DNA of 32,000 nucleotides, taken from the NCBI RefSeq assembly GCF_029057325.1, contig NZ_JAICZW010000015.1, forward strand, positions 5,378 to 37,377. Reading direction: 5' to 3'. Each line of letters begins with the position of its first letter. The stretch's first letter is position 1. Origin of the DNA: Bacteroides sp. (GTDB taxonomy: Bacteria > Bacteroidota > Bacteroidia > Bacteroidales > Bacteroidaceae). A program made the position numbers and the translations under genes. A model generated the notes under the pieces. It saw only the letters and a list, made by a program, of their open reading frames with translations, had not been told where the DNA came from and made no database searches. Shown here one piece after another: positions 1-6,625 of the stretch.

Positions 1-447
1 GAGATTCATAAGAAGTTTCTTACCGCAAGCCGCCATCCATGGTATGCTTTGGAAAAGCGTCCGCCTGCCCCGATCTGGGTGTCGGTATTCAACCGTTCCG
101 GATTGAGATTTATACGCAACGAAGCAGGCATCCGCAATCTGACCACTTTTCATTGTATCTATCTGCAAGAAAATTTGTTCTCGAACATTACGGTAGATTT
201 GCTGTTTGCGTATCTTCTGACTGATACGGCCCGGTTGATTTTCGAAGATAACTGCCGTGAGTACGGCAATGGGTTGCAGAAGTTCGAACCGAATGACTTG
301 AATAAAGGCAAGCTGCTTGATATTGGAAAACTGCCCCACAATGCAAGAGCCGAAATGCTATCGTTATACCATTCTTATTCAGAACAGAAAGACAGGCAAT
401 TTGTGGAAAAGATAGACAATCTGTTATTGGAACATTTTGCCTGTTAA
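1..447 (+). CDS. DNA methyltransferase, C-terminal fragment (5' end lies outside the window); resembles the TaqI/Eco57I-type N6-adenine MTase C-terminal region
   Basis: Frame 1 is open from base 1 (EIHKKFLTASRHPWYALEKRPPAPIWVSVFNRSGLRFIRNEAG...), so the listed TTG start at 49 is an artefact. Stop TAA at 445-447. The HPWYALEKR...F.RN..G pattern is recalled from type II/IIG MTase C-terminal domains; this is memory only. Confidence 0.55.
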   Translation, partial: EIHKKFLTASRHPWYALEKRPPAPIWVSVFNRSGLRFIRNEAGIRNLTTFHCIYLQENLFSNITVDLLFAYLLTDTARLIFEDNCREYGNGLQKFEPNDLNKGKLLDIGKLPHNARAEMLSLYHSYSEQKDRQFVEKIDNLLLEHFAC

Positions 448-504
448 AATTCTTTTCTGTTGAACAACTTCTTTCATTGGCTTGTTTCTTTTATGAAAGC
501 GTTT

Positions 505-512
505 TATTTTTG
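505..512 (+). promoter_or_regulatory. Candidate Bacteroides -7 box (TATTTTTG) for the nitroreductase gene
   Basis: Matches the Bacteroides sigma-A -7 consensus TAnnTTTG, 28 nt upstream of ATG 540. A partial -33 element (cTTG, 481-484) lies 20 nt upstream. Confidence 0.35.
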
Positions 513-539
513 AAATAGCCATAAAAAAGGAAACAACCA

Positions 540-1142
540 ATGAAAAGAACATTTGAAGAAGCCATGGTCCATCGCCGCAGCCATTACTACATCGGAAACG
601 ACTCGCCGGTGCTGGACGAAGAGATTGTACACATCATCCGCGAGGCGGTGAAACACGTGCCGTCGGCATTCAATTCGCAATCCACCAGGATTGTGCTGCT
701 GCTGGAGGACGAGCATAAGAAGTTGTGGGATATCGTGAAGGAAACCTTGAAGAAGCGCGTCTCTACCGGGGCCTATGCCGCTGCGGAGGCCAAGATAGAC
801 GGCTCGTTTGCCTGCGGATATGGCACGGTGCTTTATTTTGAAGATACGGCGGCCGTCAGGAAGTTGCAGGAGGGCTTTCCGCTCTACAAAGAGAGCTTCC
901 CCGTATGGTCGCAGCATGCCTCTGCCATGCACCAGTTCGCCATCTGGACGATGCTGGAAGACTTGGGACTGGGTGCCTCCCTGCAACACTATAATCCGCT
1001 GATTGACGAGGAGGTGCGCCGTGCCTGGAACCTGCCCGAAACATGGATGCTGGTGGCGGAAATGCCTTTCGGAATCCCGACCGGTGAGCCGGGCGCCAAG
1101 GAGACGGACGATTTGGACAAGCGCATCAAGATTTTCCGCTGA
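540..1142 (+). CDS. Nitroreductase family protein (200 aa)
   Basis: ATG start, TGA stop. N-terminus RRSHYYIGNDSPV...IREAVKHVPSAFNSQSTRIVLL and a C-terminal GIPTGEP segment are typical of the small NAD(P)H nitroreductase fold. Confidence 0.8.
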   Translation: MKRTFEEAMVHRRSHYYIGNDSPVLDEEIVHIIREAVKHVPSAFNSQSTRIVLLLEDEHKKLWDIVKETLKKRVSTGAYAAAEAKIDGSFACGYGTVLYFEDTAAVRKLQEGFPLYKESFPVWSQHASAMHQFAIWTMLEDLGLGASLQHYNPLIDEEVRRAWNLPETWMLVAEMPFGIPTGEPGAKETDDLDKRIKIFR

Positions 1143-1159
1143 CGGGAAGACTTTCAACT

Positions 1160-1177
1160 TAAATTTGCTTACCTTTG
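1160..1177 (+). promoter_or_regulatory. Two adjacent candidate -7 boxes (TAAATTTG 1160-1167, TACCTTTG 1170-1177) upstream of aroK
   Basis: Both match TAnnTTTG. No clean TTTG -33 partner. If either is used, the tandem repeat at 1229-1282 lies in the aroK 5' leader. Confidence 0.3.
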
Positions 1178-1228
1178 CCCCTCTTTGAGGGATGCGGGTC
1201 GCAGTTGCTTAGCTCATAACCTATACTT

Positions 1229-1282
1229 GTAACTCGTAGCTCGTAACTCGTAACTCGTAGCTCGTAACTCGTAACTCGTAGC
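1229..1282. repeat. Perfect tandem repeat: 21-bp unit GTAACTCGTAGCTCGTAACTC x2.57, built from 7-bp sub-units GTAACTC/GTAGCTC
   Basis: Read directly: 1229-1249 and 1250-1270 are identical, and 1271-1282 is a partial third copy. It ends 4 nt before the aroK ATG (1287). A degenerate copy (agctcataac) lies at 1211-1220. Confidence 0.95.
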
Positions 1283-1286
1283 AAAT

Positions 1287-1814
1287 ATGATACGTATATT
1301 CTTGACCGGCTATATGGGTGCCGGAAAAACAACTTTGGGAAAGGCTTTTGCCCGCGAAATGAAGGTGCCGTTCATCGACCTGGACTGGTACATCGAAGAA
1401 CGTTTTCACAAATCCATCCGTGAATTGTTCGCAGAGCGGGGAGAAGCCTCTTTTCGTGAACTGGAGCGGAACATGCTGCATGAGGTGGGAGAGTTTGAAG
1501 ATGTCATCATCTCTACCGGTGGTGGCACACCCTGCTTCTTCGACAACATGGAGTATATGAACGTCCACGGGCAGACCGTATTTCTGGATGTGCACCCCGA
1601 TATCCTGTTCCGGCGGTTGCGGGTTGCGAAACAGCAACGCCCCATTCTGCAAGGCAAGACCGATGACGAATTGCGTGCCTTTATCGTGGAGGCGCTGGAC
1701 AAACGTGTCCCCTTCTACTCGCAGGCACGCTATCGCTTTGATGGCGGACACCTTGAAAGCCGCGGGCAGATTGCCGAATCGGTGCGGCAGCTTCGGGCGC
1801 TTTTAGGACTTTAA
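1287..1814 (+). CDS. aroK: Shikimate kinase (175 aa)
   Basis: Walker A motif GYMGAGKTTLGK. DLD...IE and STGGG motifs, with length, match shikimate kinase. Confidence 0.9.
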   Translation: MIRIFLTGYMGAGKTTLGKAFAREMKVPFIDLDWYIEERFHKSIRELFAERGEASFRELERNMLHEVGEFEDVIISTGGGTPCFFDNMEYMNVHGQTVFLDVHPDILFRRLRVAKQQRPILQGKTDDELRAFIVEALDKRVPFYSQARYRFDGGHLESRGQIAESVRQLRALLGL

Positions 1815-1815
1815 T

Positions 1816-2230
1816 CTCTTGTTTTTCAAGAACTGTAGGGAGTTGTTTAAAAGGAGTTGTCGGGAGTTAAAGCCGATACTCCAACTTATGTATAGGCGGG
1901 CCATTGCCTTTTAAAGAAATGAAGGTCGGTGTGCCTATAATTCTCTTTCATATATCCCGGTTTGACAGACACTTGCGTCTGTCATCTTAGACACTTGTGT
2001 CTGTCGTCTCAAACACAAGTGTCTGTCATGTTGGACACAAGTGTCTGTTAGCCGGCTTTTATATTGCTGATAATCAGTGTGCTAAAAATGCTTATGCAGC
2101 AGTCCTGCAACCTGAATTCCGTCGATGTCTTTAAAAACGTTCAAGCCTACGCTTCTGTGGACAACATCGTTTGGACTATCGGCTTTTAACTCCCTCTAAC
2201 TCCTTTTAAATAACTCTTTAAAAACAAAAG
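1816..2230. repeat. Composite intergenic repeat: ~65-bp imperfect inverted arms rich in GGAGTTA (1816-1885 and 2169-2230) enclosing a second repeat family
   Basis: Left arm ...gagttgtttaaaaggagttgtcgggagttaaagccgatactccaac versus the reverse complement of the right arm gagttatttaaaaggagttagagggagttaaaagccgatagtccaaac; roughly 85-90% identity by eye. Starts 2 nt after the aroK stop. No ORF of 60 aa or more inside. Confidence 0.65.
1964..2049. repeat. Array of four ~20-bp interrupted palindromes (consensus GACAGACAC-NN-GTGTCTGTC) at an exact 22-bp phase
   Basis: Palindrome centres (TT, TT, AA, AA) fall at 1973.5, 1995.5, 2017.5 and 2039.5. Units 1-2 are the inverse of units 3-4, so the whole array is itself a palindrome. 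Confidence 0.9.
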
Positions 2231-2287
2231 CCGTGTCGGAAATGTGCATTTATCGGTGTAGAAGGCCGAAAATACAAGATTTATGTT

Positions 2288-2295
2288 TATTTTTG
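2288..2295 (+). promoter_or_regulatory. Candidate -7 box (TATTTTTG) for speA
   Basis: Matches TAnnTTTG, 64 nt upstream of ATG 2359. No clear -33 element. Confidence 0.3.
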
Positions 2296-2358
2296 CCCTT
2301 TCGTTGGATGATATGACCTACGTTCCATGCTTACATAAACTTACATAATATATATTAG

Positions 2359-4251
2359 ATGAGAAAATGGCGTATTGAAGATTCGGAAGAGCTGTACAAC
2401 ATTACAGGTTGGGGCACTTCATACTTTGGCATCAATGACAAAGGGCACGTTGTGGTGACACCGCGCAAGGATGGAGTTACCGTCGATTTGAAAGAACTGA
2501 TAGATGAGTTGCAACTACGCGATGTGGCGGCTCCGGTATTGGTTCGCTTTCCCGACATATTGGACAATCGCATCGAAAAGGTGTCCTGTTGTTTCAAGCA
2601 GGCGGCGGACGAGTATGGATATAAAGGAGAGAACTTCATCATCTATCCGATTAAGGTGAACCAAATACGTCCCGTGGTGGAAGAGATGATTTGTCACGGA
2701 AAGAAGTTCAACCTGGGACTTGAAGCAGGCTCCAAACCCGAGCTGCATGCCGTGATAGGCGTCAATACCGACCCCGATTCGCTGGTGGTCTGCAACGGCT
2801 ATAAGGACGAGAGCTTCATCGAGCTGGCCTTGCTGGCGCAGAAGATGGGCAAGCGCATCTTTCTGGTGGTGGAGAAACTGAACGAACTGAATCTCATCGC
2901 CAAAATGGCAAAACAACTGAAAGTGAGACCCAACATCGGAATCCGCATCAAGTTGGCTTCCAGTGGAAGCGGCAAGTGGGAAGAGAGTGGGGGAGACGCC
3001 AGCAAGTTCGGACTGACTTCCAGCGAGCTGCTCGAAGCCCTCGACTTTCTGGAGAGAAAGGAGATGAAGGACTGCCTGAAGCTGATACACTTCCACATCG
3101 GCAGTCAGATAACCAAGATACGCCGCATCAAGAACGCCTTGCGCGAGGCCTCCCAGTTCTTTGTCCAGCTGAACAAGATGGGCTTCAACATCGAATTTGT
3201 AGATACCGGCGGAGGCATGGGGGTGGACTACGACGGCACACGCTCCTCCAGCAGCGAAAGCTCCGTCAACTACTCCATCCAGGAGTATGTCAACGACGTG
3301 GTCTCCACCTTCGTCGATGCCGCCAACAAGCACGATTTTCCGCATCCCAACATCATCACCGAAACCGGTCGTAGCCTGACCGCCCACCACTCCGTGCTTG
3401 TCTTTGAAGTGTTGGAGACGGCTTCCCTGCCCGAGATGGACGATGACTGGGAGCCTGATGAGAATGCCCACGAACTGGTGAAGGAGCTGTATGACATCTG
3501 GGACAACTTGAGCCAGCGCAGCATGCTGGAGCCTTGGCACGACGCGCAGCAGATACGTGAGGAGGCGCTCGACCTGTTCAGCCACGGCATTGTTGACCTG
3601 AACACACGTGCGCAGATAGAGAAGCTCTATTGGAGCATCTGCCGTGAAATCAATTCCATTGCGGGCAATATGAAGCACTGTCCCGAAGAGTTCCGTAAGT
3701 TGAGCAAGCTGCTTGCCGACAAGTACTTCTGCAACTTTTCGCTCTTCCAGTCCCTGCCCGACTCTTGGGCGATAGACCAGATGTTCCCCATCATGCCTAT
3801 CCAGCGGTTGGACGAACGTCCCGACCGTGAGGCGACTCTCCAGGATATGACGTGCGATTCGGACGGCAAGATTGCCAACTTCGTGACCTCCCGTTCCGAT
3901 GCCACCACGTTGCCGCTTCATTCGTTGCGCGACAAGGAGCCCTACTACCTCGCTGTCTTCCTGGTGGGGGCTTATCAGGAGATTCTGGGCGATATGCACA
4001 ACCTGTTCGGCGATACGAATGCCGTGCACGTTTCCGTCAACTCCAAAGGCTACACCTTCGATCAGTTGATAGACGGCGAGACGGTGGCGGAAGTGCTGGA
4101 CTATGTGCAGTACAATCCCAAAAAACTGGTGCGCACGTTGGAAACATGGGTGACACAATCCGTCAAGGAAGGCCGCATCACGGTGGAAGAAGGAAAAGAA
4201 TTCTTGTCCAACTACCGTTCTGGATTATACGGCTACACCTATTTGGAATGA
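2359..4251 (+). CDS. speA: Biosynthetic arginine decarboxylase (630 aa)
   Basis: Length and N-terminus (W.IEDSEELY.I.GWG..YF.IN..G) fit SpeA. Also an IYPIKVN lysine region and fold-III PLP decarboxylase motifs (HFHIGSQ, DTGGG.GVDYDG). Confidence 0.92.
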   Translation: MRKWRIEDSEELYNITGWGTSYFGINDKGHVVVTPRKDGVTVDLKELIDELQLRDVAAPVLVRFPDILDNRIEKVSCCFKQAADEYGYKGENFIIYPIKVNQIRPVVEEMICHGKKFNLGLEAGSKPELHAVIGVNTDPDSLVVCNGYKDESFIELALLAQKMGKRIFLVVEKLNELNLIAKMAKQLKVRPNIGIRIKLASSGSGKWEESGGDASKFGLTSSELLEALDFLERKEMKDCLKLIHFHIGSQITKIRRIKNALREASQFFVQLNKMGFNIEFVDTGGGMGVDYDGTRSSSSESSVNYSIQEYVNDVVSTFVDAANKHDFPHPNIITETGRSLTAHHSVLVFEVLETASLPEMDDDWEPDENAHELVKELYDIWDNLSQRSMLEPWHDAQQIREEALDLFSHGIVDLNTRAQIEKLYWSICREINSIAGNMKHCPEEFRKLSKLLADKYFCNFSLFQSLPDSWAIDQMFPIMPIQRLDERPDREATLQDMTCDSDGKIANFVTSRSDATTLPLHSLRDKEPYYLAVFLVGAYQEILGDMHNLFGDTNAVHVSVNSKGYTFDQLIDGETVAEVLDYVQYNPKKLVRTLETWVTQSVKEGRITVEEGKEFLSNYRSGLYGYTYLE

Positions 4252-4262
4252 AAACAATCGTG

Positions 4263-4314
4263 ATAGGGCGATAAAGTGGTAGGGGTGATATAACTTTATC
4301 ACCTGTCACCCTAT
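4263..4314 (+). promoter_or_regulatory. Structured speA-argB spacer with four copies of a TAGGGNGATA-like motif (two direct, two inverted) able to form alternative hairpins
   Basis: atagggcgata (4263-4273) and taggggtgata (4280-4290) are direct copies; tatcacc (4297-4303) and tgtcaccctat (4304-4314) are inverted. GATAAAGT 4270-4277 pairs with ACTTTATC 4293-4300, which overlaps the GGTGAT/ATCACC pairing. A TATATTTG box lies at 4320-4327. Confidence 0.3.
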
Positions 4315-4331
4315 TACTTTATATTTGTATA

Positions 4332-5105
4332 ATGGAAAAACTGACTGTAATTAAAGTGGGTGGCAAGATTGTAGAAGAAGAGGCCACCCTTTATAAGTTG
4401 TTGGACGACTTTGCTTCCATCGAGGGCTATAAGGTACTGGTGCACGGCGGCGGACGTTCGGCTACGAAGCTTGCTTCCCGGCTGGGTATTGAAAGCAAAA
4501 TGGTAAACGGTCGCCGTATCACCGATGCCGAAACGCTGAAGGTGGTGACGATGGTGTATGGCGGGCTGGTAAATAAGAATATCGTGGCGGGCTTGCAGGC
4601 ACGCGGTGTCAACGCCCTGGGACTTACGGGTGCCGATATGGACGTGATCCGTTCGGTGAAGCGCCCGGTGAAAGAGGTGGACTACGGGTTTGTGGGCGAT
4701 GTGAAGCAGGTGGACGGCACTTTCCTTGCCGGTCTGATTCATAAGGGCGTGGTGCCTGTGATGGCCCCGCTGACCCATGATGGCGACGGACACCTGCTGA
4801 ATACGAATGCCGACACCATTGCCGGAGAGACGGCAAAGGCCTTGGCGGCTTTCTTCGATGTCACCTTGGTGTTCTGCTTTGAAAAGAAGGGTGTGCTGCG
4901 CGACGAGAACGATGACGACAGCGTCATCCCGCAACTCACGCCGGCAGCGTTCAAGCAATATGTGGAGGAAGGAGTGATTCAAGGCGGAATGATTCCGAAG
5001 TTGGAGAACTCTTTTGAGGCATTGGAGGCAGGCGTTTCCGAAGTCGTAATCACGTTGGCATCGGCGATTGGCGAAGGAGGAGGAACCTGCATCCGGATGA
5101 GTTAG
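4332..5105 (+). CDS. argB: Acetylglutamate kinase (257 aa)
   Basis: Amino-acid kinase fold motifs: VIKVGG at the N-terminus, VLVHGGG, LNTNAD, GGMIPK. Confidence 0.9.
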   Translation: MEKLTVIKVGGKIVEEEATLYKLLDDFASIEGYKVLVHGGGRSATKLASRLGIESKMVNGRRITDAETLKVVTMVYGGLVNKNIVAGLQARGVNALGLTGADMDVIRSVKRPVKEVDYGFVGDVKQVDGTFLAGLIHKGVVPVMAPLTHDGDGHLLNTNADTIAGETAKALAAFFDVTLVFCFEKKGVLRDENDDDSVIPQLTPAAFKQYVEEGVIQGGMIPKLENSFEALEAGVSEVVITLASAIGEGGGTCIRMS

Positions 5106-5194
5106 AAAGAGCCGTGCTCCTACCAACTTTCTCTGAAAAAAAAACTTCCCTTACCCTGTAACTTTTCGAATACTCAACCGTCAATCTATTAGAG

Positions 5195-5704
5195 ATGCAA
5201 GAAATCAGCTTTCGTAATGATATTCTTCCGCTGAAGGACAAGCTCTTTCGGCTTGCTTTGCGAATCACGTTCGACAGGGCGGAGGCGGAGGACATCGTAC
5301 AGGATACGCTGATTCGGGTCTGGAACAAGCGTGACGAATGGACGCAGTTCGGCTCTATCGAGGCCTATTGCCTGACAGTGGCAAGAAACCTGGCGATAGA
5401 CCGCAGCGAACGGAAAGAGACCCGGACCGTGGCGCTGACTCCCTTGATGGAGCAGACTCCCGATGCGTCGAGCCCTTACGAAAAGCTGGTGAGCAAGGAG
5501 CGGATGAGGCTGCTGCACCGGTTGATAGGCAGACTTCCCGAAAAGCAACGGCTGATTATGCAGTTCAGGGATGTGGAAGGTAAGAGCTACAAAGAGATTG
5601 CGGCGCTCCTGAGTCTGACGGAGGAACAGGTGAAAGTGAACCTCTTCAGGGCGCGGCAGAAAGTGAAACGACAGTTTATTGATATAGAAGATTATGGACT
5701 CTGA
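5195..5704 (+). CDS. ECF-type RNA polymerase sigma factor (169 aa)
   Basis: Region 2 (AEDIVQDTLIRVW) and region 4 (LPEKQRLIMQFRDVEGKSYKEIAALLSLTEEQVKVNLFRARQKV) signatures of the sigma-70 ECF subfamily. Confidence 0.88.
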   Translation: MQEISFRNDILPLKDKLFRLALRITFDRAEAEDIVQDTLIRVWNKRDEWTQFGSIEAYCLTVARNLAIDRSERKETRTVALTPLMEQTPDASSPYEKLVSKERMRLLHRLIGRLPEKQRLIMQFRDVEGKSYKEIAALLSLTEEQVKVNLFRARQKVKRQFIDIEDYGL

Positions 5705-6176
5705 ATATATAGAACAACTTTTGGAACGCTATTGGCTGTGCGAGACTTCCGTGGAAGAGGAAGCCTGCCTGCGTGCTTTCTTCAGCGAAGGCGACGTTCC
5801 GACGCACTTGCTTCGCTACAAGGACTTGTTCGTATATCAGCAACTTGGCCGGGAGGAGCATTTGGGCGAGGATTTCGATGCGCGGGTGCTTGCCGAGGTC
5901 GAAGTTCCTGTTGTCAAGGCAAAGCGCATGACGCTGGCCGCACGCCTGATGCCTCTGTTCAAAGCGGCGGCAGCCGTGGCCATTGTACTCTCGTTGGGCA
6001 ATGTGATGCAGCATTCGTTCCTTTCCGATGTGAAGGAGGTTGCAGCGGCCGATACCATTGGTGAGCAGATTTCCGCGCCTTCGGTTGCCCTGTCGGATGA
6101 CATGCCTCTGGCGCACGAAAAGCTGCGGATAGACAGCCTGCATCGTGCGGAGCAAGGAAAGGGACTTAAGGAATAG
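5694..6176 (+). CDS. Hypothetical single-pass membrane protein; candidate cognate anti-sigma factor by position only
   Basis: Its ATG overlaps the sigma stop (ATGGACTCTGA, 11-nt overlap), implying translational coupling. One hydrophobic span (LMPLFKAAAAVAIVLSLGNVM). No zf-HC2 or FecR motif seen. Confidence 0.55.
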   Translation: MDSEYIEQLLERYWLCETSVEEEACLRAFFSEGDVPTHLLRYKDLFVYQQLGREEHLGEDFDARVLAEVEVPVVKAKRMTLAARLMPLFKAAAAVAIVLSLGNVMQHSFLSDVKEVAAADTIGEQISAPSVALSDDMPLAHEKLRIDSLHRAEQGKGLKE

Positions 6177-6307
6177 TAATTTTTGTAATTTTTTCATATA
6201 ACATTTTCATTTGCTTTAAACAATAGTTAGTACAACGCTTTATTAAAACGACTTGAGGCTGTGAAGTTTCAATTCTCTCAAAATCTTATAAAAACTAACT
6301 ATAATAG

Positions 6308-6342
6308 AAAGGACACCGCGTGATGCAGTGTCCTTTTCTTTG
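6308..6342 (+). terminator. Rho-independent terminator candidate after the sigma/membrane-protein pair
   Basis: 9-bp stem AAAGGACAC (6308-6316) / GTGTCCTTT (6328-6336), 11-nt loop, then a T-rich tail (ttttctttg). Confidence 0.5.
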
Positions 6343-6362
6343 TGCGGTCGGTTTGGAGCATC

Positions 6363-6406
6363 AAAAAAACCGGATGTACCTTGATGGGTACATCCGGTTT
6401 CCTTTT
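6363..6406. terminator. Bidirectional terminator-like hairpin
   Basis: 12-bp perfect stem ACCGGATGTACC (6369-6380) / GGTACATCCGGT (6387-6398), 6-nt loop. A7 run upstream and a T-rich run downstream, between convergent transcription units. Confidence 0.6.
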
Positions 6407-6419
6407 ATAGATACTAATT

Positions 6420-6604
6420 ATAGTCAAACAGAAATATCCTGCGAATATCTCTGTTCTTAGGAGTTATCGGGAGTTAAAGGGAGTTATCACTCCGCTTCGC
6501 TCCGTTAGGAGTTAAAGGGCAATAGTTTTACTTATACAAAGTGGAGTATTGGCCGATAACTCCCGAATAACTCCTTTTTTCGCAATTCAATTCTGTTTGA
6601 CTAT
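6420..6604. repeat. Second, shorter copy of the GGAGTTA inverted-repeat family, bounded by a perfect 14-bp inverted repeat
   Basis: ATAGTCAAACAGAA (6420-6433) and TTCTGTTTGACTAT (6591-6604) are exact reverse complements. Inner arms are GGAGTTATCGGGAGTT (6460-6475) and ATAACTCCCGAATAACTCC (6556-6574). Its reverse complement aligns by eye with the arms of 1816-2230 but lacks the palindrome insert. Ends 22 nt from the SusD stop. Confidence 0.65.
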
Positions 6605-6625
6605 ATTCTATTTCCGGTTTCCTGC

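Noticed and set aside
1964-2049. Possible CRISPR array (regularly spaced repeats, also at 23944-24029)
   Set aside because: The units abut at a 22-bp phase with no unique spacers of about 30 bp. The units are palindromes of each other, and there are no cas genes in the window.
2515-4158. Very long antisense ORFs opposite real genes (2515-4158, 20025-21635, 24163-25854, 16582-17826, 6647-7666, 504-1157, 1221-1751, 4314-5126, 21745-22563, 30458-31375 and others)
   Set aside because: Each lies fully inside a gene with strong family motifs on the other strand. Their translations are low-complexity (rich in R, G, H, Q, V) with no recognisable domains. Such shadow ORFs are expected in GC-biased coding sequence.
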